A stretch of 64,000 bases of DNA from Clostridia bacterium. Its GTDB lineage: Bacteria > Bacillota > Clostridia > Oscillospirales > CAG-272. The position numbers were made by a program, and so were the translations under genes. The notes below the pieces were generated by a model that saw only the letters and a program-made list of their open reading frames with translations, was not told the origin of the DNA and ran no database searches. This document shows, piece by piece, positions 1 through 7,092 of the stretch. Within the stretch, counting starts at the first letter, position 1. Every line of letters starts with the position of its first letter. The stretch lies in the NCBI GenBank assembly GCA_017403155.1, contig JAFQOP010000003.1, positions 2,504-66,503 of the forward strand, in the 5' to 3' direction.

Positions 1-741
1 TACGTCAAGGATCAGTGGAGCATGGATGAGTACGAGGGTGTTCTTCGTGTTTTCACTACCACTAACGCAACGACCATTAGAGAGCAGTATCATGACAACG
101 GAACTGTTTCTGCCGAAATACTTCAAACTGCTACGGGGCAATCCAATGCAAGCTTGTATTGCATCGACCTTTCCACATTTGAGGTTGTCGCTTCGGTGAT
201 TGATTTTGCACCCCCGCGCGAGGAAATTCAATCAGTAAGATTCGATAAAGAAATTGCTTATGTTTGTACCTCTATTGAACTTTCTGATCCCGTATTCTTC
301 TTTGAACTTTCTGATCTGAACAACATCACCTATAAGGATACCGGCACGATAGAGGGCTTCTCAACCTCTCTTATCAACCTCGGAAACGGTTATCTCCTCG
401 GCATTGGTAGGGGAGATAGTTGGAGTAGCTTTAAGGCTGAAGTGTATGAGGAAACAGAAGATGGAGTTCGTTCTGTCTGCTCTTATGAGATTCAAGATGC
501 ACAGTATTCTACCGAATACAAGTCCTATTATGTAGATCGTCAAAATCAATTCGTAGGTGTTGGCGTGATAGCGGAAGGAGTAACTAAATACATTCTCCTT
601 CATTTTGATGGGTACGAGCTTGTCGAGCTTGTTAACGTACAGCTTGACGGAGATCCTGCATTTATGCGCGGTGTTTATATAGACGGATATATGTATATGT
701 TCGGAACTAACGACTATAAGGTTGAAAAGCTTTTTGACTAA
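1..741 (+). CDS. beta-propeller domain protein, C-terminal part (5' end lies outside the window)
   Basis: Frame 1 is open from nt 1, so the listed Met at 22 is internal. The run VRFDKEIAYVCTSIELSDPVFFFELSDL...GFSTSLINLGNGYLLGIGRG resembles the secreted Beta_propel (PF09826-type) family from memory. Hairpin terminator follows. GC is visibly lower than the window average. Confidence 0.6.
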   Translation, partial: YVKDQWSMDEYEGVLRVFTTTNATTIREQYHDNGTVSAEILQTATGQSNASLYCIDLSTFEVVASVIDFAPPREEIQSVRFDKEIAYVCTSIELSDPVFFFELSDLNNITYKDTGTIEGFSTSLINLGNGYLLGIGRGDSWSSFKAEVYEETEDGVRSVCSYEIQDAQYSTEYKSYYVDRQNQFVGVGVIAEGVTKYILLHFDGYELVELVNVQLDGDPAFMRGVYIDGYMYMFGTNDYKVEKLFD

Positions 742-789
742 TTGATGCCAGAGCGCGAAGAAATGAAAAGATAACAACTTGTAAGAATT

Positions 790-820
790 GCCACGGGTTT
801 TATGATCCGTGGCTTTTTCT
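790..820 (+). terminator. rho-independent terminator
   Basis: Stem gccacgg (790-796) pairs with ccgtggc (807-813), followed by a T-run. Confidence 0.7.
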
Positions 821-983
821 CTGTCTTCAGCAGGTCAGTTTTTGATATTTGAGGGTTGAAATCCTTCTGATTGAACAATGGACTATTTTTGAAAAAAGTA
901 GGCGCGAAAAAACGGGAGAAATCTCTCGAAATCTCCTGTTTTCTCTTGTTTTTTCTTTCGGATCTTTTTTGACAGATAGCCAT

Positions 984-1250
984 GTGAAGAGCGGACAAAA
1001 AAGATATTTTTAAGTGTTTTCGTATTGACTTGAATTCACGTACCAAATCGCGCCGAAAGGCGTGTATGGAATCAATGCAAAGAATTGTATGGAATCCGTT
1101 GCAAGACGGTATGGAATCAAGCCGAAGAAAATGCACCTTCGGTGATGCCATGCGCCTACGGCGATTCCATTCTCACCTGCGGTGAGATTACATACCAAGC
1201 CTGCGGCTTGGATAAAAAAATTCGACAAGTCGAAACCTGTCGAATTTTTT
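984..1250. repeat. repeat unit A: 28-bp header, motif/hairpin array, terminator-like hairpin
   Basis: Header gtgaagagcggacaaaaaagatattttt (984-1011) is identical to 1251-1278. gtatggaatc occurs 3x direct (1064, 1087, 1109; period 22-23 nt). Three inverted, partly degenerate copies follow (gatgccat 1144, gattccat 1163, gattacatac 1186). Seven short GC stems with 3-4 nt loops are interleaved. The unit ends with an A-run/hairpin/T-run at 1214-1250. Confidence 0.7.
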
Positions 1251-1517
1251 GTGAAGAGCGGACAAAAAAGATATTTTTCGTTGTTTTGATATGGACTTGA
1301 ACTTGTGTGTTAATGAAGCATCGGCTTACGCCGATATGAAGCACTCGCTACGCACGTATGAAGTATTTGCTACGCAAATATGAAGCGAAGCGCGTGTAAC
1401 CTCTCCGTGAGCCAAAGGCTCGCTTCATAGGGCGAAGTCCTGCTTCATTTTTCATGCGTCGTAGACGCGCTTCATTGAAAAAACGACAAACTTCTGTCGA
1501 AGCTTGTCGTTTTTTCT
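1251..1517. repeat. repeat unit B: same 28-bp header and architecture, different internal motif
   Basis: Header at 1251-1278. atgaagc/atgaagt occurs 4x direct (1313, 1336, 1358, 1380; period 22-23 nt) and gcttcat inverted (1422, 1442, 1469, plus partial 1451). Tri-loop hairpins are interleaved: atcggc-ttac-gccgat 1320-1335, atttgc-tac-gcaaat 1365-1379, gcgtc-gta-gacgc 1456-1468. atgaagcga (1380-1388) is perfectly complementary to tcgcttcat (1420-1428). The unit ends with an A-run/hairpin/T-run at 1478-1516. Confidence 0.7.
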
Positions 1518-1592
1518 GGCAGGGGCGGAAGGACTCGAACCCACGACCCATGGTTTTGGAGACCAGTACTCTACCAACTGAGCTACACCCCT
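1517..1592 (-). tRNA. trnW: tRNA-Trp (anticodon CCA), CCA end encoded
   Basis: The reverse complement folds as a cloverleaf: acceptor AGGGGTG/CGCCCCT, D-arm GCTC-AGTTGGTA-GAGT, anticodon arm CTGGT-CTCCAAA-ACCAT (CCA anticodon flanked by CT and AA), T-arm GTGGG-TTCGAGT-CCTTC, then discriminator G plus CCA. The T-stem has one T:T mismatch and one G:T pair. Confidence 0.85.
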
Positions 1593-1604
1593 TCAAACGA
1601 GAGT

Positions 1605-1633
1605 ATTATACTAGATTTATCTGCGTTTGTCAA
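1605..1633 (-). promoter_or_regulatory. sigma-A type promoter for tRNA-Trp
   Basis: On the minus strand: TTGACA (1633-1628), 17-nt spacer, TATAAT (1610-1605), about 12 nt upstream of the mature tRNA 5' end. Confidence 0.75.
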
Positions 1634-1683
1634 GAGGCTTGCGAAATATTTTGGCATATTTTTGTCCGTGCGCACGCTATTGC

Positions 1684-1712
1684 TTGACATAGAGGAGGAT
1701 TTTTGATATAAT
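1684..1712 (+). promoter_or_regulatory. sigma-A type promoter
   Basis: TTGACA 1684-1689, 17-nt spacer, TATAAT 1707-1712, upstream of the CDS at 1751. Confidence 0.75.
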
Positions 1713-1750
1713 TCAAGTAAAGAATATAACTATATAGGAGGCCTTATATT

Positions 1751-2188
1751 ATGACACGACTTGAGAGATTCGCTCGCTTTTTTGTTGTAGCTGTGCTTGT
1801 TATTACGGCGGTGCTGTCGCTATCCTCATGCGGAATCGACAAAGATGAGGCGAAGGAGGATATGCTCTCGTTTCTCGAGGCAGTTGAAGCGGAGAGATTC
1901 GATGACGCAAAGGCTCTTTTGCATCCCGAGCTTATCGAAAAGACAACCGATTTCGCCACGGCTATACACTCTCTTGAGGAGCGATGCGGAATTGATTTCA
2001 GCGACGGAATCACTATAAACAAAACCGTAAATATGCAATATAGCCTCTACAACAGTGATTATAACGGATCGGGCTATGAGCTCACCTTCTATGCCGCAGT
2101 AGGCGAGGCGGACGTATATATAACCCTGCGGGTGGTTGAGAATAATGACGGATACGGAGTATATTACTTCGGAGTAGATAACGGCTAA
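1751..2188 (+). CDS. small lipoprotein of unknown function
   Basis: Signal peptide with lipobox (VLSLSSC-G). RBS ataggagg upstream. Own consensus promoter. Confidence 0.75.
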   Translation: MTRLERFARFFVVAVLVITAVLSLSSCGIDKDEAKEDMLSFLEAVEAERFDDAKALLHPELIEKTTDFATAIHSLEERCGIDFSDGITINKTVNMQYSLYNSDYNGSGYELTFYAAVGEADVYITLRVVENNDGYGVYYFGVDNG

Positions 2189-2252
2189 GCACAGTGAGTA
2201 CAATATACCACACAGAGAGCGTAGCTTGAGTAAAAAATAAGGGAAGATAATT

Positions 2253-2426
2253 GTGGAAAACTGGCAAGAAGTTGAGGATATTGAACTGGGATTTGACCCT
2301 GAAATGGCATATAAAAAACCTCCGGCATATAATTATAAGCTGATGAGAGAATATGTAAAGGAAAAAAACAAATTGTGGAGCGAATTGACGACAGAGGAAA
2401 TTGAGCAATTTCGCTTGCAGGACTAA
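2253..2426 (+). CDS. hypothetical small protein (57 aa, GTG start; below the ORF-track cutoff)
   Basis: My own translation: VENWQEVEDIELGFDPEMAYKKPPAYNYKLMREYVKEKNKLWSELTTEEIEQFRLQD. aaggga lies 8 nt upstream. A strong terminator follows immediately. Confidence 0.4.
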   Translation: MENWQEVEDIELGFDPEMAYKKPPAYNYKLMREYVKEKNKLWSELTTEEIEQFRLQD

Positions 2427-2438
2427 TAGAATAGATAA

Positions 2439-2470
2439 ACACCCCGCACTCGTTGCGGGGTGTTTTTTTA
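2439..2470 (+). terminator. rho-independent terminator
   Basis: acaccccgca (2439-2448) pairs with tgcggggtgt (2454-2463), followed by T7. Confidence 0.8.
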
Positions 2471-2514
2471 TCATTGCAAGCTATAATACTGAGGGCGGAT
2501 TTGGCGGTGTCCTC

Positions 2515-2543
2515 TTGACAAATTGGGGCGGCGGTATTATAAT
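2515..2543 (+). promoter_or_regulatory. sigma-A type promoter of the riboswitch-led operon
   Basis: TTGACA 2515-2520, 17-nt spacer, TATAAT 2538-2543. Confidence 0.75.
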
Positions 2544-2549
2544 ATACGC

Positions 2550-2786
2550 GACAAAGGAATAAACGAGTGGTATTGCCCCATTGGGCATTGTCGGGGCGGG
2601 TATTGGCTCACCTCGGGGATAAGGAAAGTGCGGTGAAAATCCGCCACAACAGCCATTACCGTAAAAGTCGGAATGCTTATCACCTCTTGCACTAAAGGGA
2701 TTCTTCGGGCAAACGGAGGAGTCGGCGCGGCAGGGTGAAGACTGCCTATTTTCGCTTGGCACTCCGTGGAGGAGTGCTTTTATTTT
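2550..2786 (+). promoter_or_regulatory. candidate cobalamin (B12) riboswitch with terminator expression platform
   Basis: About 240-nt structured leader. It contains ggtgaaaatccgccacaacagcc (compare the conserved GGTGNNAAATCC...GCCAC core) and aagtcggaatgc (B12-box-like). It ends in hairpin gcactcc (2759-2765)/ggagtgc (2771-2777) plus a T-run. The downstream genes (DUF4430-type lipoprotein, small polytopic membrane protein) are classic B12-regulon members. Confidence 0.55.
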
Positions 2787-2822
2787 ATCCTTTTGATATT
2801 TTTAAAATTGAAAGGAAGAAAA

Positions 2823-3260
2823 ATGAAAAAAATCATCAGTATCACACTTGCGGTGCTGCTCCTTGTGTGCACAGCGCTCACTCTCATCTCCTGCAACTCG
2901 GTAGATGCAGAGGGACTTTGGGAGAATGCCACGCACCGCCGCGACAAGACCTTCGGCAGCGGAGATAAAACATTTTCAGTCACGGTAACGGCAGGGGAGA
3001 GCAGTGTAGTATTCACTGTCAGGACCGATAAGGACAACCTCGCCGACGCGCTCCTCAAGCATGAGCTTATTGACGGGGAGGAGGGCGATTTCGGCTTTAC
3101 CGTCTATTCGGTAAACGGTATGACAGCCGACTTCACCGTCGACAAGGCGTATTGGGCAATATACGTGGGTGATAAGTATGCGAGCACGGGTGCGTCGGGC
3201 ATCAAGATAGCCGACGGAGCATCCTATTCCTTCGTATACGAGGTGTACAGTGCATACTAA
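2823..3260 (+). CDS. DUF4430-type lipoprotein (putative corrinoid-binding surface protein)
   Basis: ATG at 2823 gives MKKIISITLAVLLLVCTALTLISC-N (lipobox) with RBS aggaag upstream. The track start at 2766 lies inside the leader terminator. The C-terminal WAIYVGDKY...GIKIADGASYSFVY is typical of DUF4430. Confidence 0.75.
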   Translation: MKKIISITLAVLLLVCTALTLISCNSVDAEGLWENATHRRDKTFGSGDKTFSVTVTAGESSVVFTVRTDKDNLADALLKHELIDGEEGDFGFTVYSVNGMTADFTVDKAYWAIYVGDKYASTGASGIKIADGASYSFVYEVYSAY

Positions 3261-3780
3261 AAGCCGAAGGAGGGTATTTGAGCTCGTTCTGTTTTCTATG
3301 CTCGGTGCGATAATGTTTGCGTCCGACCTGGCGATGGAAATGCTGCCGAATATCCACATCCTGGGTATGCTGACGGTGCTCTTCACAGCACTCTTCCGCC
3401 TGAAGGCGCTTATACCCATATACGTCTACGTTTTTCTGACGGGCTTGTTCTACGGCTTTGCCATCTGGTGGGTCGCCTACCTTTATATATGGCTACCCCT
3501 CTGGGGGCTTGCGATGCTCGTGCCGAGAAGGGCACCCGCGTGGCTCGCGTGCATAGTATATCCCGTTATCACCTGCTTGCACGGTCTGTTTTTCGGTGTG
3601 CTTTATGCACCTGCGCAGGCGCTCTTCTTCCGTCTCACTCTCGAAGAGACTATTGCGTGGATTGGGGCAGGGCTGGTGTTTGACGTGGTGCACGCGATAG
3701 GCAACCTTGCGGCAGGGCTGCTCGTCTACCCCTTGCGCGAGCTGCTTTCAAAAATGCTCAAAAGGGTAGGATATTACTGA
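3250..3780 (+). CDS. small polytopic membrane protein, ECF S-component-like (putative corrinoid transporter by context)
   Basis: 176 aa with about 6 hydrophobic helices. GTG start overlaps the upstream stop. Lies in the same riboswitch-led operon. Confidence 0.55.
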   Translation: MHTKSRRRVFELVLFSMLGAIMFASDLAMEMLPNIHILGMLTVLFTALFRLKALIPIYVYVFLTGLFYGFAIWWVAYLYIWLPLWGLAMLVPRRAPAWLACIVYPVITCLHGLFFGVLYAPAQALFFRLTLEETIAWIGAGLVFDVVHAIGNLAAGLLVYPLRELLSKMLKRVGYY

Positions 3781-3839
3781 TATGGAGGCGCACAGAGTGT
3801 TCTGTGCGCCCTCATTTGTGCAATTTTTTATTCACGAAA

Positions 3840-3855
3840 GTTAGCAAAGGCTAAC
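3840..3855. promoter_or_regulatory. palindromic operator candidate, copy 1 (GTTAGCAAAGGCTAAC)
   Basis: 6-4-6 inverted repeat located 47 nt upstream of the feo -35 box. Same palindrome as at 3938 and 4255. Confidence 0.5.
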
Positions 3856-3901
3856 TCGGTTGTATATTATCACCAAAATACACAAAATTGTGGAAAAAAT
3901 A

Positions 3902-3930
3902 TTGACAGTCGGAAAAAAATAATGTATAAT
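3902..3930 (+). promoter_or_regulatory. sigma-A type promoter of feoAB
   Basis: TTGACA 3902-3907, 17-nt spacer, TATAAT 3925-3930. Confidence 0.75.
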
Positions 3931-3937
3931 AGCATCA

Positions 3938-3953
3938 GTTAGCGGAGGCTAAC
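3938..3953. promoter_or_regulatory. palindromic operator candidate, copy 2 (GTTAGCGGAGGCTAAC)
   Basis: Begins 8 nt downstream of the -10 box, so it covers the expected transcription start. Confidence 0.55.
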
Positions 3954-3995
3954 TCGAATGAAATTCTATGATTTTTTTCTCGGCAGGAGGATGCT

Positions 3996-4217
3996 ATGAA
4001 TACTTTGAGAGACGTGAAGATTGGCTCGCGCTGTAGGGTAGTGAAGCTGCACGGCGAGGGTCCCATCAGACGCAGAATAATGGATATGGGTATAACCAAG
4101 GGCGTCGAGATATACGTCCGCAAGGTTGCACCTCTCGGTGACCCTATCGAGATTATGGTGCGCGGCTATGAGCTCTCGCTTCGCAAGTCGGATGCCCAGA
4201 CGATAGAGGTAGAATAA
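3996..4217 (+). CDS. feoA: ferrous iron transport protein A
   Basis: 73-aa SH3-like FeoA pattern (VVKLHGEGPIRRRIMDMGITKGVEIYVRKVAPLGDPIEI). Lies directly upstream of feoB. Confidence 0.9.
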   Translation: MNTLRDVKIGSRCRVVKLHGEGPIRRRIMDMGITKGVEIYVRKVAPLGDPIEIMVRGYELSLRKSDAQTIEVE

Positions 4218-4254
4218 AAGGGGGAAGGTATTTCCCCTAAATGCTTGCGTGTGA

Positions 4255-4270
4255 GTTAGCGGTGGCTAAC
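4255..4270. promoter_or_regulatory. palindromic operator candidate, copy 3 (GTTAGCGGTGGCTAAC)
   Basis: Same palindrome, here in the feoA-feoB spacer. Confidence 0.5.
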
Positions 4271-4319
4271 CGAAGCAAAAATTAATTTCACAATATGATG
4301 TGTATGAAAGGAAGAAAGT

Positions 4320-6728
4320 ATGGGTATCAAAATTGCCCTGGCAGGTAACCCGAACTGCGGTAAGACCACCCTGTTCAACGCACTCACGGGCTCTAATCAG
4401 TTCGTCGGCAACTGGCCGGGTGTTACCGTGGAGAAGAAGGAGGGAAAGCTGAAGGGGCGCGACGACGTTATCATCACCGACCTTCCCGGCATTTATTCGC
4501 TCTCTCCCTATACGCTTGAGGAGGTTGTGGCAAGAAACTACCTTATAGTCGAGCGCCCCGACGCGATTCTTAACATCGTCGACGGCACCAACCTTGAGCG
4601 CAATCTCTATCTCACCACTCAGCTTTGCGAGATAGGTATCCCCGTTGTAATTGCCATCAATATGATGGACGTTGTAAGAAAGAACGGCGACAAGATAGAC
4701 ACCGAGCAGCTCTCGCGCGAGCTTGGCTGTCCGATCGTTGAGATATCCGCCCTCAAGAGCACGGGTATCCTCGAGGCGGCAGAGGTGGCGATAGAGACGG
4801 CAAAGGGCGGCAAAACCGTTCCGATGCATACCTTCTCGGGTATAGTTGAGCACGCACTCGCACACATCGAGGAGGCAGCGATTCACGGTCTGCCTGAGGA
4901 GCAGCAGCGCTGGTATTCCATTAAGATATTCGAGAGGGACGCGAGGGTAATCGAGGCACTCAAGATAGATAAGGAAAAGCTCGCTCACATCGAAAAGGAT
5001 ATACAAAGGGCAGAGCACGACCTCGACGATGATGCCGAGGGCATCATTACCAACGAGCGCTATCTCTACATAGAGCAGCTGACGAAGCGCTGCTACAAGA
5101 AAAAGCACGCGAACAGACTCACCGTGTCCGATAAGATAGACAAGGTGGTAACCAACCGCATACTTGCCCTTCCTATCTTCGCGCTCGTTATGTTCCTTGT
5201 GTATTTCATTTCGGTAACCACGGTCGGAACGTGGGTGACCGACTTTACCAACGACGGCCTCTTCGGTGACGGCTGGCATCTCTTCGGTATAAACGGAGAC
5301 TATGATACTCACGTCGAGGAATACGCCGAGCCGTTATGGACGGAGGCAGACCTGCTATACAGTCTCGAGAGTGCTACCGATGCCGACGTGCCGGGTGCGG
5401 ACGAGGTTCTCGACGCATTCCGCGAGAAGGACTACGGTGCCTTTGAGGAGGCATACGGCAGCTACGGTGCAGCCCTCGTTGAGGACGGATTTATATCCGA
5501 GGAGAGGGACGCATACCTCTCCGGGTACTTTGAGGGTGCTCCCGACCCGTCCGAATACGGTGTTTGGGTGCCCGGCATCGGCGTGCTTGTTGCCTCGGGG
5601 CTTCAGGCAATCGGCTGCTGGGAGTGGCTTGAGAGCCTTATCGTGGACGGCATCGTAGGCGGTGTCGGTGCGGTGCTCGGCTTCGTGCCCCAGATGCTTG
5701 TGCTCTTCCTTCTTCTCGCATTCCTCGAGGCGTGCGGCTATATGTCTCGTATCGCCTTTGTGCTTGACAGAATATTCAGAAAGTTCGGTCTTTCGGGCAA
5801 GTCCTTTATTCCTATGCTTATCGGCACGGGCTGTGGCGTTCCCGGTATTATGGCATCCCGCACGATAGAAAACGAGCGCGACCGCCGTATGACTATTATC
5901 ACAACCACCTTCGTGCCCTGCGGTGCGAAGCTGCCGATTATCGCGCTCATCGCCTCCGCCCTCTTCGGCGGTGCCTGGTGGGTAGCCCCCTCGGCATACT
6001 TTATCGGTATTGCCGCAGTAATCATCTCGGGCATTATGCTGAAGAAGACAAAGCCCTTCGCAGGCGAGCCCGCTCCCTTTGTAATGGAGCTGCCCGCATA
6101 TCATATGCCCACCGTCATAAACCTCCTTCGCTCTATGTGGGAGCGCGGCTGGTCCTTCATCAAGAAGGCAGGCACGGTAATCCTTCTCTCCTCCGTAATA
6201 ATCTGGGCAACCTCCAGCCTCGGCTTTGTTGACGGTGCGTTTACCTTCGACCCCGAGATGGATATAGCAAACTCCTTCCTCGGCTATTTCGGTATGGCAT
6301 TCTCCTGGCTCTTTGCGCCCCTGGGCTTCGGCTCCATCGAGGCAACGGTGGCAACCTTTATGGGTCTGCTTGCCAAGGAGGAGGTCGTCGGAGTATTCGG
6401 AGTGCTTGAGTTTGTAGGCCTCGGAAAGCTCGAGGGCTTCTCATTCCTGCTCTTCAACCTTCTTTGCGCACCCTGCTTTGCGGCTATCGGCGCAATCAAG
6501 CGCGAGATGAACAACACCAAGTGGACCCTCTTTGCGATAGGCTATCAGACCCTGCTCGCATACTGCGTGTCCTTCTGTCTGTACAACATCGGCTCGCTCT
6601 TCGTAGGCACCTTCAATTGGTGGGAGCCTATAACCTTCACGATCTCCCTCGCTATAATCGCATTCGTAGTTTATATGCTCGTCCGCCCCTACAAGGATAG
6701 CACCGATAATAAAATCAAAAGCCTCTGA
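4320..6728 (+). CDS. feoB: ferrous iron transporter FeoB
   Basis: G-domain motifs GNPNCGKTT, DLPG and NMMD, followed by a polytopic permease. 802 aa, including an acidic insert of about 130 aa after the first TM helix. Confidence 0.95.
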   Translation: MGIKIALAGNPNCGKTTLFNALTGSNQFVGNWPGVTVEKKEGKLKGRDDVIITDLPGIYSLSPYTLEEVVARNYLIVERPDAILNIVDGTNLERNLYLTTQLCEIGIPVVIAINMMDVVRKNGDKIDTEQLSRELGCPIVEISALKSTGILEAAEVAIETAKGGKTVPMHTFSGIVEHALAHIEEAAIHGLPEEQQRWYSIKIFERDARVIEALKIDKEKLAHIEKDIQRAEHDLDDDAEGIITNERYLYIEQLTKRCYKKKHANRLTVSDKIDKVVTNRILALPIFALVMFLVYFISVTTVGTWVTDFTNDGLFGDGWHLFGINGDYDTHVEEYAEPLWTEADLLYSLESATDADVPGADEVLDAFREKDYGAFEEAYGSYGAALVEDGFISEERDAYLSGYFEGAPDPSEYGVWVPGIGVLVASGLQAIGCWEWLESLIVDGIVGGVGAVLGFVPQMLVLFLLLAFLEACGYMSRIAFVLDRIFRKFGLSGKSFIPMLIGTGCGVPGIMASRTIENERDRRMTIITTTFVPCGAKLPIIALIASALFGGAWWVAPSAYFIGIAAVIISGIMLKKTKPFAGEPAPFVMELPAYHMPTVINLLRSMWERGWSFIKKAGTVILLSSVIIWATSSLGFVDGAFTFDPEMDIANSFLGYFGMAFSWLFAPLGFGSIEATVATFMGLLAKEEVVGVFGVLEFVGLGKLEGFSFLLFNLLCAPCFAAIGAIKREMNNTKWTLFAIGYQTLLAYCVSFCLYNIGSLFVGTFNWWEPITFTISLAIIAFVVYMLVRPYKDSTDNKIKSL

Positions 6729-6751
6729 TAAAAAAAGAAAGGAGAAGCACC

Positions 6752-6988
6752 GTGTTTTTTGAATGGCTCGCTGACAACATTTTTTCCGTTTTAATTCTTC
6801 TCGGCGTGATAGCCGTGCTCGCCATACTCGCCTTCAGGATGTATAGAGAGCATAAGGCATCGGCGCACTCTCCCACCCCGAGGTGCTGCGGCTGTCCTTA
6901 TGCCAAGAGGTGCTCCTCGGGCAGCTCCTCCTGCTCCTGCCACCCCGAAAAGGAGGGTGGGGAAGGGGAAGAAACAAAAAATCCTTAA
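6752..6988 (+). CDS. FeoB-associated Cys-rich membrane protein
   Basis: One N-terminal TM helix followed by a Cys-rich tail (CCGCPYAKRCSSGSSSCSC). GTG start after aggag. Lies immediately after feoB. Confidence 0.75.
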   Translation: MFFEWLADNIFSVLILLGVIAVLAILAFRMYREHKASAHSPTPRCCGCPYAKRCSSGSSSCSCHPEKEGGEGEETKNP

Positions 6989-7006
6989 GCCTTGTATGCC
7001 AAACGA

Positions 7007-7042
7007 AAGGGTGCATAGACAGCCGTCTATGCACCCTTTTTA
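7007..7042 (+). terminator. rho-independent terminator (shared by convergent genes)
   Basis: aagggtgcatagac (7007-7020) pairs with gtctatgcaccctt (7025-7038), followed by a T-run. Confidence 0.8.
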
Positions 7043-7092
7043 AATCCGTAGGGGAGGCGTTTCACCTCCCGTTTTTATTGTTTAAAGCTTGC

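Noticed and set aside
984-1517. The motif/hairpin arrays considered as a CRISPR array or as a retron msr/msd
   Set aside because: The repeated words are only 7-10 nt with a 22-23 nt period, far below CRISPR repeat and spacer sizes, and the spacers are themselves palindromic. No cas genes and no reverse transcriptase gene are present in the window.
738-1687. Several 60-140 aa ORFs on both strands across the repeat units and the tRNA (738-1151, 1010-1228, 1085-1300, 1156-1344, 1348-1596, 1454-1687)
   Set aside because: They overlap each other, the tRNA and the terminator hairpins. They lack SD sequences, and their open frames are explained by the repeat structure. I treat the region as non-coding.
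4266-5312. 348-aa ORF on the minus strand
   Set aside because: Antisense to the FeoB G-domain. The FeoB assignment is unambiguous.
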